Positions 46,895 to 56,527 of a stretch of 64,000 nucleotides of DNA are shown here, piece by piece. The stretch lies in contig JBFGKE010000001.1 of assembly GCA_041576815.1 (NCBI GenBank), positions 6,948-70,947 of the forward strand, given 5' to 3'. How positions within the stretch are numbered: the first letter of the stretch is position 1; each line of letters opens with the position of its first letter. A program made the translations under genes and the position numbers. The stretch is from Polyangiales bacterium. GTDB taxonomy: Bacteria > Myxococcota_A > Polyangia > Polyangiales > Houyiibacteriaceae. A model generated the notes under the pieces. That model did no database searches. It was not told the DNA's origin and was given only the letters and a program-made list of their open reading frames with translations.

Positions 46895-48382
46895 GTGTTT
46901 GACGACTACGTGCGCTACGACGGGCTGGGCCTCGCAAAGCTCGTCCACACCGGGCAGGTACACCCGAAAGAGGTGCTCGAGGCGGCGATCTTCCGCGCGG
47001 AAAAGCTCAATCCGGAGCTCAATGCCATCGTGACGCCGCTCTACGACCACGCGCACGAGCAGGTTCGCCACGGGCTCGAAGGCCCGTTCGCCGGGGTGCC
47101 GTTCCTGCTGAAGGACGCCCATCACGCGCTCGAGGGCACACCGATGAGCAACGGCAGCCGGCTTCACAAAGGTGAGCGCTCGACATTCACCGCCGAGATT
47201 GTGCGCCGCTTCGTCGATGCGGGCGTCGTGGTGTTCGGTAAGACCAACACGCCGGAATACAAAATGTCCGTGTTCACGATGCCCGAGGCCTGGGGCCCCA
47301 CGTGCAACCCGTGGGACGTGACACGCTCGGCGGGCGGGTCGAGCGGAGGATCCGCCGCGGCGGTGGCGGCGGGGATCGTGCCGATGGCGTCCGCGACCGA
47401 CGAAGGCGGCTCGATTCGGATGCCCGCCTCTGCCTGTGGCGTCTTCGGCTTGAAGCCGAGTCGCGGACGCAACCCGATCGGGCCCGACTTCAGCTGGGAG
47501 TACGAGGGTCAGTCGACGTCGCATGTCTTGAGCCGAACCGTGCGGGACTCGGCGGCCATGCTCGATGCGGTGTCGGGGCCGGAGCCGGGATCGCCCTATG
47601 TCGCCCCCGGCGGCGGCGCCTTCTTGGAAGCCCTAGAGGCCGATCCCCGCCAATTGCGTGTCGGTATTCCGACGGTCACCGAGGTGTTCGGGGTTCCGGT
47701 CGAGCCGTCCTGCGTGGAGGCGGTTCGGGTTTCTGCCAGTCTTTTGGAGGACTTGGGCCACGTCGTGGAGGATGCCGCGCTGCCGTACGACGAGTGGGAG
47801 GTGCTCCAGGCGTCCGTCGCGCTGGCCGCGGCGAACACTGCGGCGGTGGTTGGCGAGCTCGAGGCCAAGTACGGCCGACGCAAGGTGCGCGGGTCGCTCG
47901 AGGACGTGCTTCTGCTGCTCGCCGCGGTGGGGCGCGCGCTTCCAGCCGAGCAGGTGGCGGCTGCCCGCCTGACCGGCTGCCGCGTGGGCCTCGCGCTCGC
48001 GCGCTTTTTCGAGCGCTACGACGTGCTGATGACTCCGACCCTCGGCCGTGTCCCGGTCTGCTTCGAGGACGCGTCGCCGACCCCGGGGGAGCGCCGACTC
48101 GTACGCGCACTCGTCTCCCCCGCCGCCGCCGGCTTTTTTCGGGTTTCACGTCTTCGCGACCGGATCATCGACGAGCAGCTCCGCACCTTCTCGCAGCAGG
48201 TGCTTCATCGAACGATGGTCGCCAACCTCACCGGCGTCCCCGCGATGTCGGTGCCTCTTCACCGAACCGAGAACGATCTGCCGGTCGGGGTACAGATGAT
48301 CGGGCCGTTTGGGGACGAGAGGACGCTGCTTCAGCTCGCAGCCCAACTCGAGCGCGCCAAGCCCTGGCGTATCAGGCGCTGA
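46895..48382 (+). CDS. amidase (amidase-signature family)
   Basis: The AS sequence is [46 protein letters not shown]. The start is GTG. Confidence 0.9.
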   Translation: MFDDYVRYDGLGLAKLVHTGQVHPKEVLEAAIFRAEKLNPELNAIVTPLYDHAHEQVRHGLEGPFAGVPFLLKDAHHALEGTPMSNGSRLHKGERSTFTAEIVRRFVDAGVVVFGKTNTPEYKMSVFTMPEAWGPTCNPWDVTRSAGGSSGGSAAAVAAGIVPMASATDEGGSIRMPASACGVFGLKPSRGRNPIGPDFSWEYEGQSTSHVLSRTVRDSAAMLDAVSGPEPGSPYVAPGGGAFLEALEADPRQLRVGIPTVTEVFGVPVEPSCVEAVRVSASLLEDLGHVVEDAALPYDEWEVLQASVALAAANTAAVVGELEAKYGRRKVRGSLEDVLLLLAAVGRALPAEQVAAARLTGCRVGLALARFFERYDVLMTPTLGRVPVCFEDASPTPGERRLVRALVSPAAAGFFRVSRLRDRIIDEQLRTFSQQVLHRTMVANLTGVPAMSVPLHRTENDLPVGVQMIGPFGDERTLLQLAAQLERAKPWRIRR

Positions 48383-49616
48383 TCGCTTGGCGCCGATCGG
48401 CACAGCGGGATGTCGCCGTGGCGATCGCGACGGGGCGGAGGTCACCTGGAATTCGGCCTCCGAAGCAATTCGTGACGATTGCGACGCCGAGCTCGCGCTC
48501 GGGGTCCGCCCAGGCGCCCGAGCCGCCGAAGCCAAAGTGACCGAACGCATGCGGATTGGGAAGCCCGACGTCCACGTGGCGGTTGCGCACGGGCACGCGA
48601 AGGCCGAGGGACACCGGACGCATGTAGCCGACCTTGAAACGAAGTGGGAAGGGAATGACCCGGCCGATGCGCCGGTTCTGGTCTTCGGTCGCGTCGGCGA
48701 GCGCGGCGGCCGACAGGAGACGGACGCCGTCGATCGCACCTCCCAGGCTGAGCGCACCGTAAAGCCGCGCAAGCGACCTCGCGTTGAACACGCCGTTGCC
48801 CGACGGGATGACCGACGTCAGCCAACGCGGATCGCCGAGCACGTCGCCGAGGCCGGGCGGAATCATCGCGTCGACGAAGTGCTCGACCGCCGAGAGCAGG
48901 CGCGCTGATTTCGAGGCCGTCTGACGCACACGTGCCCGAACACCCAGAGGTCGCCCCCGAAGCACTTTGCGTGGGAGCTTGGGGATCAAGAACTCGGCGA
49001 CCCTCGGAAGCTCGCTTTCGGGCAAGCCGACGTAGAGGCCGTCCACCCCCAGCGGGCCGGCGAGGTTCTCCTCGATCAGGTCGGGAAAGGGGCGGCCCGT
49101 CGCCCTCTGCAACACCTCCCCGATGATCCAACCACCGGTCCAGGCGTGGTAGCCGAAATCCGTGTCGGGCTCGTGCACCGGCGCCGTGTTTTCGATCAGT
49201 CGAACCATGTGGTCCCAGTCGAACATCTCTTCCGAGGAGCGGATGAGGCGCCCGATCGCGTAGAGGCCCGCGCGGTGGGAAGCCGCCTGGCCCAAGGTGA
49301 TGTCGCCTTTGCCGTTCTTCGCGAACTCGGGCCAATACTCGGCCACGGGAGCGCGGAGGTCGACCACGCCGCGATCCGCCATCTGGTGAAGCAGCGTGGC
49401 CATCACGCCTTTGCCCGTGGACATGCTGAGCGCAAGGGTTTCCGGCTCGAAGGGATTTCCGAGGCGGTCCCGCGTGCCACACGCGAGGTCAGCGACGAGC
49501 TCGCCTCGGTGATAGACCGCGACCGCGGCGCCCCCTGGGCCGCGCCAAGGCACGCACCACTTCAGCGTGTCGCGAAGCGACCGAAAATCCGGATGCGTGT
49601 AGCCGAGAACCCGCAC
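48372..49616 (-). CDS. serine hydrolase, beta-lactamase/esterase (class C-like) family
   Basis: SxxK motif (LSMSTGKG), a YxN-like region, and an HFGFGGSGAWADP C-terminal motif. Confidence 0.82.
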   Translation of the reverse strand: MRVLGYTHPDFRSLRDTLKWCVPWRGPGGAAVAVYHRGELVADLACGTRDRLGNPFEPETLALSMSTGKGVMATLLHQMADRGVVDLRAPVAEYWPEFAKNGKGDITLGQAASHRAGLYAIGRLIRSSEEMFDWDHMVRLIENTAPVHEPDTDFGYHAWTGGWIIGEVLQRATGRPFPDLIEENLAGPLGVDGLYVGLPESELPRVAEFLIPKLPRKVLRGRPLGVRARVRQTASKSARLLSAVEHFVDAMIPPGLGDVLGDPRWLTSVIPSGNGVFNARSLARLYGALSLGGAIDGVRLLSAAALADATEDQNRRIGRVIPFPLRFKVGYMRPVSLGLRVPVRNRHVDVGLPNPHAFGHFGFGGSGAWADPERELGVAIVTNCFGGRIPGDLRPVAIATATSRCADRRQAISA

Positions 49617-49652
49617 GTTTCAGTATAGCGCACCTGGGGTAGACTGACGCTC

Positions 49653-50882
49653 ATGTCCGAGGATCTTCCGGCCGGGCCATTCGCGACCTTCGACGAGCTG
49701 GCGGTCGGGTTCCGCAAGCACGTCGCGCCCAACAAGCTCGCCTACTACCAGCGTTTAGGCCTTCAGATCGTGATGGGCAGGCGCCAGGGGATCTGGTTCG
49801 AGGATGCCTATACCAAGCTCCGATACATCAATTGTCACTGCAACGGTGGAGTCTTCAGCCTGGGTCACCGGAACCCCGACGTGACGGACGCGGTCGCCCG
49901 CGCGCTCGAGACCCTCGACATCGGAAATCATCACTTCGTCTCCGGTCAGCGCGCGCAGCTCGCAGCACGGCTTTCGGCCACCTTCGATGACGCGCTTCCG
50001 AGGGTCGTGTTTGGGGTTTCGGGGGGCGAAGCCGTCGACGTGGCGATCAAGGCGGCGCGGGGAACGACCGGTAGGTCCAAAATCATCTCGGCAAAGGGCG
50101 GCTACCACGGGCACACCGGTCTCTCTCTCGCAGCCGGCGACCCGGAGTTTCGCGATCCATTCGGTCCCAACCTGCCGGGTTTTGTGCAGGTGCCGTTCGA
50201 CGACATCGCCGCGATGGAGGCCGCGATCGACGATCAAACCGCGGCAGTGATCCTGGAGGCGATTCCCGCGACGCTGGGGATGCCGATCCCAACGCCGGGG
50301 TACTTTGCAACGATTCGCAGGCTCTGCGACGAGCGTGGTGCTCGGCTCTTGGTCGACGAGGTGCAAACTGGGCTAGGGCGCACCGGTAGATGGTGGGGCA
50401 TCCAGCACGAAGGGGTGGTTCCAGATTCGATCATCACGGGCAAGGGCCTGTCCGGGGGGATCTATCCGATCACCGCCACGCTCCTTTCTGCGGAAATGCA
50501 CGAAGTGCTCGACTCCGAAGCCAACCCGTTCTTGCACATTTCGACGTTCGGCGGCTCCGAGCTCGGCTGTGTGGCTGCACAAGCGGTGCTCGACTGCGTC
50601 GACGCGCCGGGGTTTCTACAGCGCGTCGAGGCCTTGTCCCAGAGATTCGCCGTCGCGTTCGGGCCGCTCCCCTTCGAGCTTCGACGGCGGGGTCTTTTCA
50701 TGGGGCTACGCTTTTCGAGCGACACGGAGGCCCTCGGCGCTCTCTTGCGGATCATGCAGCAGGGCGTCTTCTGTTTCCCGGCTGGAAACGATCGCAGCGT
50801 GATCCAGTTCTTGCCCCCGCTGATCCTCACCGACGACGAAGCAGACGACCTCATCGGACGCATGATCGAGGCGTTTGCGTGA
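49653..50882 (+). CDS. class III PLP-dependent aminotransferase-fold enzyme
   Basis: GGEAVDVAIKAAR, GGYHGHT, DEVQTGLGRTG, and the PLP-Lys region ITGKGLSGG. Confidence 0.88.
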   Translation: MSEDLPAGPFATFDELAVGFRKHVAPNKLAYYQRLGLQIVMGRRQGIWFEDAYTKLRYINCHCNGGVFSLGHRNPDVTDAVARALETLDIGNHHFVSGQRAQLAARLSATFDDALPRVVFGVSGGEAVDVAIKAARGTTGRSKIISAKGGYHGHTGLSLAAGDPEFRDPFGPNLPGFVQVPFDDIAAMEAAIDDQTAAVILEAIPATLGMPIPTPGYFATIRRLCDERGARLLVDEVQTGLGRTGRWWGIQHEGVVPDSIITGKGLSGGIYPITATLLSAEMHEVLDSEANPFLHISTFGGSELGCVAAQAVLDCVDAPGFLQRVEALSQRFAVAFGPLPFELRRRGLFMGLRFSSDTEALGALLRIMQQGVFCFPAGNDRSVIQFLPPLILTDDEADDLIGRMIEAFA

Positions 50883-50884
50883 CC

Positions 50885-51793
50885 ATGCTCGTGACGCGCT
50901 CCGAGATCGAATCCTTCGAGCGTCTGCTCGAAGACGCCATTCGCACCGGCTCCGCCGACCGCCTGCAGGTGATCGGCTACGGCGAAGTCACGATCGCGGT
51001 CAAGCTCTCCACCCCTCGAGGCGACTTTGCGTGCAAGCGGCTCGTCCCGTTCACGACACGCAGGGCAGCCGAGCAAACCGCGGCCCTGATCGCCACCTAC
51101 GTCTCCGAGCTCGAGGCGTGCGGGCTCGACGTCTTGGAGACCGAAACACCCGTGCTCGAGACGCCTCTAGGACACGTGCTCCATGTCGTTCAGCCAATGC
51201 TCGCGCCCGCGACGCTGGCGCCGAACGTCCTGCGGCGGAAGAGTGCCGACGAAGCGGAGCCGTACGTTCGGCGGATCTTCGGGCACATTGCAGCCTCCGT
51301 GACACCGACCCTGGCGCCCGATGGTCAGCTGTCGAACTGGGCGGTCGACGGGGAGCGCATTCGGTATCTGGATGTGGGCACCCCCTTCTTGCGCGACGAG
51401 CGGGGGAACGACCTGTTCGACTTCACGCAGCAGACACGCGCGCTTCCGGCGCCCATACGCGTCATCGTCGATCGGTTCCTGCTGCGAGAGATACTCGACA
51501 ACTACCATTCGATCCGCGGGCAAGGGCTCGATTTTCTCGGCAATCTGATCAAGGAAGGTCTTTCGCACCTCCTCGTCCCTCTACTTTCGGTCGCCAACGA
51601 AGTCTTCGCGCTGTCGCCCGCGCTCACCGAGCGCGAAGTGCGCGTGCACTACCGAAGTGACGCACGAACCTACGCGCTCATCCAAGCCGCGCGCCGGGCT
51701 GACCGCTGGGTTTTCCAGAACTTGCTTCGCCGACCGTACCCGTACCTACTGCCACCGCGGATCGACCGGTTCGCCGAGCAGAGATCGGGCTAG
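50885..51793 (+). CDS. hypothetical protein with protein-kinase-like motifs
   Basis: The ATG at 50885 lies 2 nt after the aminotransferase stop; an alternative GTG at 50879 overlaps it. It has a G-loop-like IGYGEVT, a beta3-Lys-like FACKRL, D-x4-N (DGQLSN) and a DxG-like YLDVG. GC3 is high. Confidence 0.55.
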   Translation: MLVTRSEIESFERLLEDAIRTGSADRLQVIGYGEVTIAVKLSTPRGDFACKRLVPFTTRRAAEQTAALIATYVSELEACGLDVLETETPVLETPLGHVLHVVQPMLAPATLAPNVLRRKSADEAEPYVRRIFGHIAASVTPTLAPDGQLSNWAVDGERIRYLDVGTPFLRDERGNDLFDFTQQTRALPAPIRVIVDRFLLREILDNYHSIRGQGLDFLGNLIKEGLSHLLVPLLSVANEVFALSPALTEREVRVHYRSDARTYALIQAARRADRWVFQNLLRRPYPYLLPPRIDRFAEQRSG

Positions 51794-52209
51794 CCTGCGA
51801 AGGGCCGGAAGATCGCGAACGTCACGATTAGCACGGCGAGGATCGATAGCACCCAGGCGAGGCGGCGGAAGGTCGCTTGCGCCACCTCCTGGCCTGATGC
51901 CCACCGTCGCAGGCGACCCGTCAGCACGCCGGTGACGCCGGCCATGACGATCAGCAGGGTGAGCTTGCTGTGCATCCAACCCTGTTTTGCGTAGACCTCT
52001 GCGAAATTGGGGATCAGCATGCCGAAGCCGCCGACGAAGGCGAGCAGCATTGCGGGTGTCGTCAGGCGAAGCGTCACCTTTCTCAAGGTCTGCGCGATCC
52101 CGCTCTCGAGCGGCGTGGGCGCAGCGGCCACCGCTGCTACTGCGACGGCGGTGCCGACCCAGAACGTGAGGCCGAGGAAATGAAGGTAACGAAAAACGAT
52201 CATGCTCAT
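51790..52209 (-). CDS. small 4-TM integral membrane protein, unknown function
   Basis: The ATG at 52209 follows AAGGAG. It has four hydrophobic helices (FRYLHFLGLTFWVGTAVAV...). Confidence 0.6.
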   Translation of the reverse strand: MSMIVFRYLHFLGLTFWVGTAVAVAAVAAAPTPLESGIAQTLRKVTLRLTTPAMLLAFVGGFGMLIPNFAEVYAKQGWMHSKLTLLIVMAGVTGVLTGRLRRWASGQEVAQATFRRLAWVLSILAVLIVTFAIFRPFAG

Positions 52210-52234
52210 GCGTGCGCTCCTTGGCGGGGGGAGT

Positions 52235-52864
52235 CTAACTGCCATGCACTAGCGGCACAAAGACGCACCGACAGAGCTCTTCTTTGTCGAGGGCATCGCC
52301 TCGTTTGCGCAGGGTTTGCAAAGCCTGACCCCATCGTCCGCCCACCGGGATCACGAGCCGACCACCTTCTTTGAGCTGAGCGATCAGGGCAGGCGGAACC
52401 TCGTCCGCGGCGGCCGCAACGACGATTCCGTCGTAGGGCGCACCCTCGGGCCACCCTTTACGACCGTCGGCGCAGATGACTTCGACGTTGTCGATGCCGA
52501 GCGAGTCGAGCGTACGGCGTGCGTTGGCGACGAGCTCCGGGATGATGTCGATCGCGACCACCTTGTCGGCGAGCTTCGAGAGAATGGCTGCCTGGTAACC
52601 CGACCCGGCACCGATCTCGAGCACGGTCTCCCCGCCTTGCAGGCCGAGCGCGGCGACCGACATCGCGACCATCAGCGGTTGTGAGATCGTTTGTCCATGC
52701 GAGAGCGGCAGCGCGCCGTCGGCATAAGCGTCGCCGCGGAACTCATCGGGCACGAACGCTTCCCGCGGCACCTCGCCCATGGCAGCCAAGACCCGCTCGT
52801 CTCGGATACCCCGCCGGCGAAGCTGGTGCTCCACCATGTTGGCCCGCTCCTTTTCCGAGTCCAC
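52235..52864 (-). CDS. pcm: protein-L-isoaspartate O-methyltransferase
   Basis: GQTISQPLMVA, SAM motif VLEIGAGSGYQAA, GGRLVIPVG. Confidence 0.92.
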   Translation of the reverse strand: MDSEKERANMVEHQLRRRGIRDERVLAAMGEVPREAFVPDEFRGDAYADGALPLSHGQTISQPLMVAMSVAALGLQGGETVLEIGAGSGYQAAILSKLADKVVAIDIIPELVANARRTLDSLGIDNVEVICADGRKGWPEGAPYDGIVVAAAADEVPPALIAQLKEGGRLVIPVGGRWGQALQTLRKRGDALDKEELCRCVFVPLVHGS

Positions 52865-52949
52865 GGCAGCCTCTTACCATCGAAGCGCTTCACGCGACAG
52901 CATCGACTTTACGGGCTAGAGTCGCGGCTCCGTCACCGAGGAAACGTTC

Positions 52950-54023
52950 ATGGCCAAGACCAATCCAGGCAATTTTTTCGAGGACTTCGAAGTCGGAAGC
53001 GAGCTCGTTCACGCGGTGCCGCGCACGATCACCGAGGGCGAGGCGGCAAGCTACATTGGTCTCACCGGCTCCCGCTATCCGCTCCACTGCTCTGCTGAAT
53101 ACGCCCGTTCGCTCGGCTACGAGCGGGAGACAATCAATGATTTGCTCGTATTTCACATAGTGTTCGGGAAGACCGTGAACGATGTCTCGCTGAACGCGGT
53201 GGCCAACCTCGGGTACGCAGGCCTACGCTTTGTCCTGCCGGTCTATGCCGGAGACACGCTGCGGTCGGTCTCCAAAGTCATCGGCAAAAAGGAGAACAGC
53301 AGCGGCAAGACCGGTGTCGTCTGGGTGAAAACCATCGGCACCAATCAGCGGGACGAGCCCGTGCTGGAGTTCTACCGCTGGGTGATGGTCAACAAGCGTG
53401 ACCCGGCGACGCCGACCGGTGCGTCGGACCAGCCCGCGATGCCCAAAGAAGTCACACCCGATCAGCTCGTCGTGGCGCCCAACCTCGACTTGAGCGCCTA
53501 CGAAGATTGGCCCACGGGCGGGACGGCGTTTTTCGAAGACTACGAGGTGGGCGAAAAGATCGATCATGTCGACGGCATGACGATCGAGGAAGCCGAGCAC
53601 GCAACGGCGACGCGCCTCTACCAAAACACCGCCAAGGTCCACTTCGATGCGATCCAGACGAAAGACACGCGCTTCGGCCGCCGTTTGATGTACGGAGGGC
53701 ACGTGATCAGCATCGCACGGTCGCTCTCGTTCAACGGAATGGAGAAGGTGCTCGGCATCCTCGCGTGGAATGGGGGAGCGCACGCAAACCCGACTTTTGC
53801 GGGCGACACGATCTACGCCTACAGCGAAATCCTCGACAAAGCCGATCTGCCCGACAGGCGGGACTGCGGGGCACTTCGCGTGAGATTGATGGGGCTAAAG
53901 GATGTTCGACCCACCGATGCGGGTTTCCCACGAAAGGTTTCCAAGGACGGTCGTGAGGTGTATCACAAGGATGTTGTACTAGACTTGGACTATTGGTTGC
54001 TCGTGCCGAAGCGGGCCCGTTGA
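52950..54023 (+). CDS. MaoC-family double hot-dog (R)-hydratase (mesaconyl-CoA/itaconyl-CoA hydratase-like)
   Basis: 357 aa in two hot-dog halves. The MaoC-like segments are VFHIVFGKTVNDVS...GDTLRSVSKVIGKKE and YGGHVISIARS...GDTIYAYSEILDK. Confidence 0.72.
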   Translation: MAKTNPGNFFEDFEVGSELVHAVPRTITEGEAASYIGLTGSRYPLHCSAEYARSLGYERETINDLLVFHIVFGKTVNDVSLNAVANLGYAGLRFVLPVYAGDTLRSVSKVIGKKENSSGKTGVVWVKTIGTNQRDEPVLEFYRWVMVNKRDPATPTGASDQPAMPKEVTPDQLVVAPNLDLSAYEDWPTGGTAFFEDYEVGEKIDHVDGMTIEEAEHATATRLYQNTAKVHFDAIQTKDTRFGRRLMYGGHVISIARSLSFNGMEKVLGILAWNGGAHANPTFAGDTIYAYSEILDKADLPDRRDCGALRVRLMGLKDVRPTDAGFPRKVSKDGREVYHKDVVLDLDYWLLVPKRAR

Positions 54024-54040
54024 GCCTTTCCGATTGGGGG

Positions 54041-55480
54041 ATGCCTGTGAAACGAATCCTTTCTTGTAGCTTGCTTGCGCTGCTGATCATCGCGGGCTGT
54101 GGGGGCGACGGCCCAGGCGGCACGGATGGCGGCGTAGGGGGCACCGGCGGGGACATGGGCGATGCGGGTCCCGGCGGCGGCGACGGCGGGGTCGATGCGA
54201 GCCTCGCCTGTGACGAGGTCCCCGCGCTCGGAGGCGAGCTCGGCGGGCAATGCCGGGGGGATACCTTCGACTGCAACGGCGACTTGATTTGCCTCGCGGA
54301 GCGCACCGACACGATCGGCGGCGTCGACGACCCGATCGTCGATTTCCCCGGCCCGGGAGACAGCTTCGACGTCACCACGTGGCGGGGCGACATGTGCACG
54401 CTCCCTCTGACCGCGTCACCCACGATCTGCACGCTCGAAGACGCGCAGGCATGCGCCCAGATCTGCGGCATCTGCACGCCGGCGTTCATCGACGCAGACA
54501 TCTGCCTACGAGGGTGCCGCGCCGAGGACAGCACCAACAGCACCTGCCGAGATGGTTACGAATGCGACCTGCTGTTCGACGTCTGCGACGTCGGCTGCAC
54601 CAACGACGCCGACTGTCGCGTTTTCCGCGAGGACACCAATCAAAACGGCGAGTTCGATCCGGGCGAGCCGCTCGTCTACGACGTCGAATCGACGTTCGTG
54701 TGCGATCAGGAGACGTACCGCTGCGAGCACCCGGGCACGGTAGGCGCGGAGGCGGGCGACCCTTGCGTCGACGATTGGGACTGCGAAGAAAATGGCGTGT
54801 GTCTCGACGAAGACTTCTTTGGTTGGCCGGGAGGCTCCTGCTCGAAGATCCGATGCGACCTCGTAGATTGCGCCGGAAACGGGCTTTGTTCCGCGCTCGG
54901 CCTCGGCGTTCCGCTTTGCGGCCAGGAATGCGAGGTGGGGTTGGGTGCCATGCCTCCGGACACGAGCACGTACCTCGGCAATACGCAGGGGTGCCGCGAC
55001 GGGTACACCTGCTTCTGGCAGGGCGGCAACGACACTGTGGGCGCATGCGTCCCGGGGGAGTTCAACGCCGTCACGACCAACAACGTCGGCACCGATTGCA
55101 CCGAGTCGAGCGAGTGTTACTCGCCGTTCGGTCAAGGCGCGTGCGGCGATCCCGATTTGGTCTGCGCCATTTTCGGGGGTGACCCCGGCACGTGCCAGAC
55201 CGGCTTCGGGTGCACGGTCTTCGACTGCGCGGTGCCCGGCATGCCCGATGACGTCTGTGGTGCCGACGCCGAATGCATCGTGAACGAGCAGGGTCTGTCC
55301 TGGTGTGCTGCCAAATGCGCGAGCGCTGAAAACTGCCTCCCGGGCGCAGCCTGCATCGACCTCGATGGGGACGAGCTCACGCTGGACACGGTCTGCCTGC
55401 CGTTTTGCCTGACCGACACCGAATGCCGAGCCGGGGAGACTTGCAGCGCAAACGGGGAGTGTACGGCTCCGCCGCCATAG
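54041..55480 (+). CDS. Cys-rich secreted lipoprotein, unknown function
   Basis: MPVKRILSCSLLALLIIAGC lipobox, a Gly/Asp-rich linker, then ~400 aa with >45 Cys in repeated C-x-C / DC / GxC patterns. Confidence 0.7.
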   Translation: MPVKRILSCSLLALLIIAGCGGDGPGGTDGGVGGTGGDMGDAGPGGGDGGVDASLACDEVPALGGELGGQCRGDTFDCNGDLICLAERTDTIGGVDDPIVDFPGPGDSFDVTTWRGDMCTLPLTASPTICTLEDAQACAQICGICTPAFIDADICLRGCRAEDSTNSTCRDGYECDLLFDVCDVGCTNDADCRVFREDTNQNGEFDPGEPLVYDVESTFVCDQETYRCEHPGTVGAEAGDPCVDDWDCEENGVCLDEDFFGWPGGSCSKIRCDLVDCAGNGLCSALGLGVPLCGQECEVGLGAMPPDTSTYLGNTQGCRDGYTCFWQGGNDTVGACVPGEFNAVTTNNVGTDCTESSECYSPFGQGACGDPDLVCAIFGGDPGTCQTGFGCTVFDCAVPGMPDDVCGADAECIVNEQGLSWCAAKCASAENCLPGAACIDLDGDELTLDTVCLPFCLTDTECRAGETCSANGECTAPPP

Positions 55481-55531
55481 GGCTTGCGGGCCGGGCACGC
55501 GTCCCGTACACAAGCGCTGGAGGAAGAACGC

Positions 55532-55666
55532 ATGTACCTGCCCATCGTCCACAGCGATCGACCGCGAAAGCGCAACAAGAGCGCACGGCGCAATGCGAAG
55601 CGGAAGGCGAAGAACCGCCGCCGAATCAATCGCATGCACGGGCGAAAGCTCGGCCGCCGCCTCTGA
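55532..55666 (+). CDS. hyper-basic small protein (44 aa)
   Basis: SD GGAGGAAG lies 5 nt upstream of the ATG. The sequence MYLPIVHSDRPRKRNKSARRNAKRKAKNRRRINRMHGRKLGRRL has 21 Arg/Lys in 44 residues. The stop lies 12 nt before the ppsR-like gene. Confidence 0.5.
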   Translation: MYLPIVHSDRPRKRNKSARRNAKRKAKNRRRINRMHGRKLGRRL

Positions 55667-55678
55667 GCGCGGGCTGCC

Positions 55679-56527
55679 ATGGATGCGAAGGTCATCTACG
55701 TCGTCAGCGATTCGACGGGTGAAACCGCCGAACGCGTGACGCGTGCGACCCTCCTCCAGTATCCAGACCACAAAGTCAGGCTGAGGCTCGAGCGGCGCCT
55801 GCGCGACCGTCGCGGCCTCACGAGCGTTCTCGAGAGGGCAGCGTTCGAGGGCGCGATGGTGGTTTTCACACTGGTGCGGCCGGAGCTTCGCGACCACTTC
55901 AACGAGGAGGCCACGCGGCTCAACGTGCGGCACGTCGACGTGATCGGCTCGCTGATCAGCCAGATCGGATTTCACCTCGAGGCCGATCCCATGAACATTC
56001 CGACTGCGGAGATGCCGCTTTCAGCCGAATACTTTCGGCGCGTCGAAGCGATCGAGTTCGCAGTGAAGAGCGACGACGGGAAGGAGCCGCGAAACCTCCA
56101 CAAGGCCGATCTGGTTCTCGTCGGCGTGAGCCGCACCAGCAAGACCCCGCTGTCCACGTATCTGGCGGGGCGCGGGCTGAAGATCGCCAACGTGCCGCTC
56201 GTCCTCGGCGTCGAGCCGCCCGACGAGCTCTATGCGCTGCCGGGCTACCGCGTCATCGGGCTCACGATTGGCGTCGACCAGCTCATGGACATCCGCAGGC
56301 AGCGCCTCCAGCAGCTCGGCATGCCGACGGACGCCAACTATGGCCTTCGCGATCACGTCAAGGCCGAGCTCGAATACGCCCATGATATCTTTCGCGCGCA
56401 TCCCGACTGGATGATCGTCGACGTGACGAATTGCGCGATCGAAGAAACCGCCACGATCATTCTCGAGGCCCTCAAAGATCGAGAGGAGCTTCGAGGGCTG
56501 ACCACGCCGCCGCCCAGGGTGTTCTGA
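55679..56527 (+). CDS. ppsR: PEP synthase / pyruvate-phosphate dikinase regulatory protein (bifunctional kinase-pyrophosphorylase, DUF299)
   Basis: VIYVVSDSTGETAE N-terminus and P-loop-like LVGVSRTSKTPLS. Confidence 0.88.
   Translation: MDAKVIYVVSDSTGETAERVTRATLLQYPDHKVRLRLERRLRDRRGLTSVLERAAFEGAMVVFTLVRPELRDHFNEEATRLNVRHVDVIGSLISQIGFHLEADPMNIPTAEMPLSAEYFRRVEAIEFAVKSDDGKEPRNLHKADLVLVGVSRTSKTPLSTYLAGRGLKIANVPLVLGVEPPDELYALPGYRVIGLTIGVDQLMDIRRQRLQQLGMPTDANYGLRDHVKAELEYAHDIFRAHPDWMIVDVTNCAIEETATIILEALKDREELRGLTTPPPRVF

Noticed and set aside
46028-47524. 498-aa minus-strand ORF antisense to nnrU and the amidase gene
   Set aside because: It has Arg/His-rich low-complexity composition. The plus-strand genes have TM periodicity and the amidase signature.
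54506-55975. 489-aa minus-strand ORF, and the 310-aa plus-strand ORF 54250-55182
   Set aside because: Both overlap the Cys-rich lipoprotein, the small basic ORF and ppsR in other frames and show shadow composition.
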